Positions 16,709 to 17,880 of a DNA stretch of 17,880 nucleotides are shown in pieces. The notes under the pieces were generated by a model that was given only the letters and a program-made list of their open reading frames with translations, made no database searches and had not been told where the DNA came from. Source of the DNA: Candidatus Heimdallarchaeota archaeon (GTDB taxonomy: Archaea; Asgardarchaeota; Heimdallarchaeia; Heimdallarchaeales; Heimdallarchaeaceae); the NCBI GenBank assembly GCA_030668825.1, contig DAOVET010000048.1:1-17880 (forward strand). Reading direction: 5' to 3'. Positions within the stretch are counted from its first letter, which is position 1. Each line of letters starts with the position of its first letter. The translations under genes were made by a program, and so were the position numbers.

Positions 16709-17448
16709 TTTTTCTCCAAAGGATAAATAACTAAACTACCTGGATTTTTATTAACATAACTTACAAGAAAAGGTTCAATATTAGTTGAAGGTACTTCTAG
16801 TTCAGAGGAGATTTCATCAAAAGATAATTCTTTTTCACTATCCAATTTATCCTCTAGAAACTCAGTAACAATATTTTCAAAGGTTTCTGAGCTTAAAAAC
16901 ACCAAATTATGTCTTAATACACCCTTTAGTATTTCATTTTCAATCATATTAGCAATAATCTGAGCAAAAGTGTCCACTTCTATCCCAAATTTTTTCTCAA
17001 ACTTTTGAATCTCATATTCTGGAACATTTGTTAAGGAAGAATCTATAGCATTTTGAAGATAAGTAATTGTGAAATATTTCTTATCACCAATAATTCCTTT
17101 TTCTAGATGATTCAACAATGGAAGTAAGGTTTTTTCTGTTACAGTCCAGCGATTCTTGATTAAGGATATTTCTACCATCCCTTGTTTCTTAAGTGAATTC
17201 CTGATTTCCGATAATTCCTCATCTAAAATGGAAAAGAAGTGAGATTTCTCCGGAAGAAAAACACCTGCCACTTTTCTTTTTGAAAGTAAGTCGCTAATCG
17301 CTACATAGCGTTTTTCCAAAGAAAGGTTTGATTGAATCTTTCTTATATTAATGAAATTGATTGTTTCTAACTCCTCTAATATTGTTCTAGTGAATTTTTT
17401 TTCCTCAGAAGCAAATAGATCTTTTATCTTTTGTAAAAATGAACTCAT
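16690..17448 (-). CDS. Tandem winged-helix (PCI-like) protein, UFL1/DDRGK1-like
   Basis: About four WH-type repeats (EIRNSLKKQGMVEISLIKNRW; IIANMIENEILKGVL; LSFDEISSELEVP) and an N-terminal amphipathic helix MSSFLQKIKDLF; ATG at 17448. Confidence 0.55.
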   Translation of the reverse strand: MSSFLQKIKDLFASEEKKFTRTILEELETINFINIRKIQSNLSLEKRYVAISDLLSKRKVAGVFLPEKSHFFSILDEELSEIRNSLKKQGMVEISLIKNRWTVTEKTLLPLLNHLEKGIIGDKKYFTITYLQNAIDSSLTNVPEYEIQKFEKKFGIEVDTFAQIIANMIENEILKGVLRHNLVFLSSETFENIVTEFLEDKLDSEKELSFDEISSELEVPSTNIEPFLVSYVNKNPGSLVIYPLEKKIIFKG

Positions 17449-17603
17449 TATACTCAAGAATGATAATTTCGTTTCTTTTCTAAAATGTTACTCTTTGTGT
17501 TCATTCTCAAATTGAACAATTAAAGCTTAGAGCGATTGACATGATAATTTACTCCCAAATAGAAATTGTGGAGTTTATTTAGGTTGTTAGTGTATAACTA
17601 TAG

Positions 17604-17880
17604 ATGTCTATGATAAACCACGAGAGAATATCTTCTGGGATAGAAGGTCTTGATGTTCTAATGAATGGAGGAATATTCAAGAACACTATTAATTCAATAG
17701 TAGGTAGTAGTGGAACAGGAAAAACTACCTTTGCCTTAGCATACTTGTATCAAGGACTTTTAGAAGGAGACCACACCCTATATTTGTCTTTTGAAGAAAC
17801 ACCATCTAAATTGATTGGTGAAGCTGAATCATTAGGAATTAACATTCGTAATATGACAAATGATGCTGAAGATTTGATTC
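17604..17880 (+). CDS. KaiC-like RecA-superfamily ATPase, truncated by the window end
   Basis: Hand translation MSMINHERISSGIEGLDVLMNGGIFKNTINSIVGSSGTGKTTFALAYLYQGLLEGDHTLYLSFEETP..., with Walker A and the KaiC EE motif; absent from the ORF track because it has no stop in the window. Confidence 0.88.
   Translation, partial: MSMINHERISSGIEGLDVLMNGGIFKNTINSIVGSSGTGKTTFALAYLYQGLLEGDHTLYLSFEETPSKLIGEAESLGINIRNMTNDAEDLI

Noticed and set aside
17604-17880. Circadian clock interpretation of the KaiC-like gene
   Set aside because: KaiC-like ATPases are widespread in archaea; only the N-terminal 92 codons are visible and no kaiA or kaiB is present in the window.

Overview
AT-rich archaeal chromosomal window, most likely an Asgard archaeon. 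This is inferred from a DC2/OSTC-type oligosaccharyltransferase (OST) subunit, a tandem winged-helix UFL1/DDRGK1-like protein and archaeal TFB/RFC/RPA/RadB genes. Housekeeping content: truA, rfcS, a 5-OB-fold RPA, nadE, a RadB-like Rad51 paralogue, an intron-less tRNA-Thr(GGT) with encoded CCA and a partial KaiC-like ATPase. Also present: a type IV pilus/Tad-like ATPase operon with two membrane proteins, a divergent TFB paralogue, a 962-aa sequon-rich surface protein and a tandem wHTH regulator. The main candidate discovery is a dispersed set of eukaryote-like OST/translocon accessory genes: a full-length DC2/OSTC homologue, an unannotated 36-aa OST4-like membrane peptide with its own promoter (missing from the ORF track), a WBP1/OST48-like GIFT-domain membrane protein and a UFL1/DDRGK1-like protein beside OSTC. 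A diverged in-frame copy of the TFB C-terminus lies just past its stop codon. All homology calls come from motif recognition and comparison with remembered reference sequences; no searches were run.
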